Both the position numbers and the translations under genes were made by a program. Positions 31,044 to 33,403 of a stretch of 33,403 nt of DNA are shown here, in pieces. Location of the stretch: assembly GCA_048213135.1 (NCBI GenBank), contig PS015716.1, positions 1-33,403 of the forward strand. Direction: 5' to 3'. Source of the stretch: Reclinomonas americana ATCC 50394. Lineage: Eukaryota. The notes under the pieces are model-generated. The model saw only the letters and a list, made by a program, of their open reading frames with translations, searched no databases and was not told the origin of the DNA. Positions within the stretch are counted from its first letter, which is position 1, and each line of letters opens with the position of its first letter.

Positions 31044-33144
31044 CTACCCCAAAAAGTACGACACGATCTTACTGACCAGCGAGCCTGGTGGTTCTGCTGT
31101 TGACGCTGCCGCCGCCGCTGCTGCTGCCTGTGCGGCTGCTGCGGGCCCTCCACGCGGTGGTGACATGCGGTTTGCCGCCCCCGCGCCACCGGCTCTGGCC
31201 GCTGGCGATGCGTACGATAGCGATCCACCACCACCACCACCACCGAAACGCGAGTAGCTGGATCCCGGACGTGGTGAGTAGGCGGCCGACACTGCACTGG
31301 CCGGCATCTCCACCGGTCGCTTCGACAGTGCCGACCAGTCGCGACCGGGGCGAATCGGCGACGTGTCGGTGTTGGGCAGCCGCAGGACGCCCTGCAACAT
31401 CGTTGAGAGGGAAGGCATGAGAACAAGGTAGGAAACGGGATGAGAACGAAGGGCGCGTACCGGGTCCGTGCACGGCAAGACGCCAATCATTATGTCGCCA
31501 CCCAAAATCTGGCCATTGCGACTCAGCGCATTCTCCACCTCCCGTTTGCTTCGATATCTGCACTTGAAATGAGGGAGGGATGCATGCGCCACGCTGGTTT
31601 AACACTGGAGGGAGTGCTCACCTGAGATACACCCAGTTGCCACCGTCTTCTCCCTCCACGCGATCAACGATTGCGCCACACGACTCAAACTTGCTCATCA
31701 CCAGCGGCAACTGCGGTGCGTCGAAACCAAAGACCGTCACCCAAAAGTCGAGCTCGTCCGACTCCATGTCCGACAGCGGGCTGCACGAGAAGGCAACAGT
31801 CACCACCACAAGCCTCTCGCCAGCGCAATGCAGTAAGAACACACCGATCATGCATGGAGAATTCGGATGGTGCGTGCGCAAAGCGGCGAGAGTTCGAGTT
31901 CCGCAGGGGCGACGCACCGACCAGCAGCGAGCGCATACCAGGCGTGCTCGGTGGCGCCGCAGCGGAGGTGGCGGCGGTGGTCGTCGTCGTCGACGTCGCA
32001 GTGGCCGCCGTCGACGAGTGACCGTATCGCGAACCGGCACCACCGGGCGTGGCAAACAGGCGACCGGCCGGCGAAAACGGAGCCGATGACGACGACTCGC
32101 CGAACCCGGCCCACGGATCGCTGGCACCCGCACCAGCGGCAGCAGTCGAACGACCCCCCTGTTGCTGCTGTTGCTGCTGTTGTTGTTGCGAGAAGCGCAG
32201 CGACGATCCAGCAGCTGCTGTGGCGGGACGCGACTTGCTTGGAGCCGACGTGGGTGTCGCCCACGGCGCCGTCGGCATGCTCGATCCCAGCGTCGATCGC
32301 GGTGGTGTCACCGCATGCCTGACATCACCATTTTTCAGGCTTCCCGCTGTTCCAAACACGCACACATATGCTACGAGCACATACCTGGCAAACGGATCCG
32401 CAGAAGACGCCATGGGTGTGGCAAACGGATTCGACCCCACCGTCGCCGCCGACATGGACGAGCGCAGTGCCATGCGCTGATCCAACACATGCACAGTGAG
32501 TCACACACGCGCATGTAATCACAGCCAACCGGCCAACAAACCCTATCAGGCGACCGGAAAGCTGCCGCCGCAGCCGGAGCACGATCATTCATGGACGGCA
32601 GCGTGGAGAAGTCACGCGTGCGACTGTGCACAAGAAGAAAACCAATCATCAGGTCAACACTACAAAAGACGTGTGTGAGAGAGAGAAAACGCAACACTCG
32701 CGGTCGCTCTTGCGGGGCGGCCAACAACTGCGGCGCGCCAAAGCCCGCATCACGACTGCCATCCACAGCCGTCGATCTGTGCGTGCGAAAGATTGCGCGC
32801 GAAATGCATTGCAAACATAGTGTAAGAAGAGCGCGATAAGACAACTCTCACACAACAAGGAGAGTGCAGCCACGCAACACCAACAACGACGTCTTTCGTC
32901 GCCCAGGCGACACACCACCGGCGTTGGCGAGGCCGCGCATGTCGTCCATGCCTCCTCCTTGCCCATTCGCCTGTTGTTGCTGATGTTGCTGCTGCGAAGG
33001 GTGCATGGGCGCCGACATTTGCGCCACGAGCGACTGCTGCGCATCAGACGCGGCACCACCACCACCACCACCACCGCCAGGCAGCGACACAAAACCACCA
33101 CCAGAGGTCGAACCGTACAGGCGACTGCCTCCTCTTCCAAACAT
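31044..33144 (-). CDS. NUP35: Nucleoporin Nup35/Nup53 (MPPN-type RRM), 8 exons
   Basis: Exons 32879-33144, 32696-32776, 32542-32623, 32385-32476, 31845-32318, 31622-31780, 31461-31557 and 31044-31391 join in frame. RRM: WVTVFGF...KFESCGAI...NWVYLRY.S..E...ALSRNGQILGGDIMIGVLPC. C-terminal amphipathic helix SLVSKIVSYFLG. Confidence 0.93.
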
Positions 33145-33403
33145 CGCTAACAATGAACGTGCGCAAGAGTGTGTTCGCGCGGATAGTGGTACAGCAGAAG
33201 CAGCAACAACAAGGGCGCTGCTCCCGAGCAAATGAGGTGAAATGACTGTGCAGGACAAGTCAGCAGAGCGAGCTTCGTTCTGCATCAGCGCAGCCGTTCC
33301 TGTCGTGCGTCTCTCCACCCCGCCCTTCTGCATTCACCTACAAGCGCAAAAAAACCGCCGCAGTCGACGTCGCACACGAGTTATTCTTGCAATTGTTTGT
33401 GAC

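Noticed and set aside
32649-33333. A separate Gly/Gln-rich gene at the right end
   Set aside because: It splices in frame into NUP35 as its first exons.

Overview
Intron-rich, microsatellite-rich eukaryotic (microbial, lineage not determined) genomic DNA with two assembly gaps (2191-3070, 27332-27709). The ORF track is mostly spurious, so gene models were rebuilt by hand from GT/GC-AG junctions and frame continuity. From left to right: a minus-strand gene of unknown function running off the left edge; a divergent mitochondrial carrier with a 9-nt micro-exon; a gene with two LOTUS/OST-HTH-like domains and 13-14 tandem 29-aa repeats; a weak Rpb4-like candidate; a 12.5-kb, 42-exon gene for a secreted protein with a SUEL-type lectin domain at each end of a long EGF/polyproline rod; an orphan COG6-like fragment; a PPR gene head-to-head with NDUFA5; and NUP35. 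The most striking signal is in the splice donors. Many introns in five unrelated genes use a 5' splice site shifted by one base (GTTGCGT, GTTGAGT, GTTAAGT, GTTATGT) instead of GTGCGT/GTGAGT/GTAAGT, and this class is used almost whenever the exon does not end in G. All domain calls come from visual motif recognition; no searches were run.
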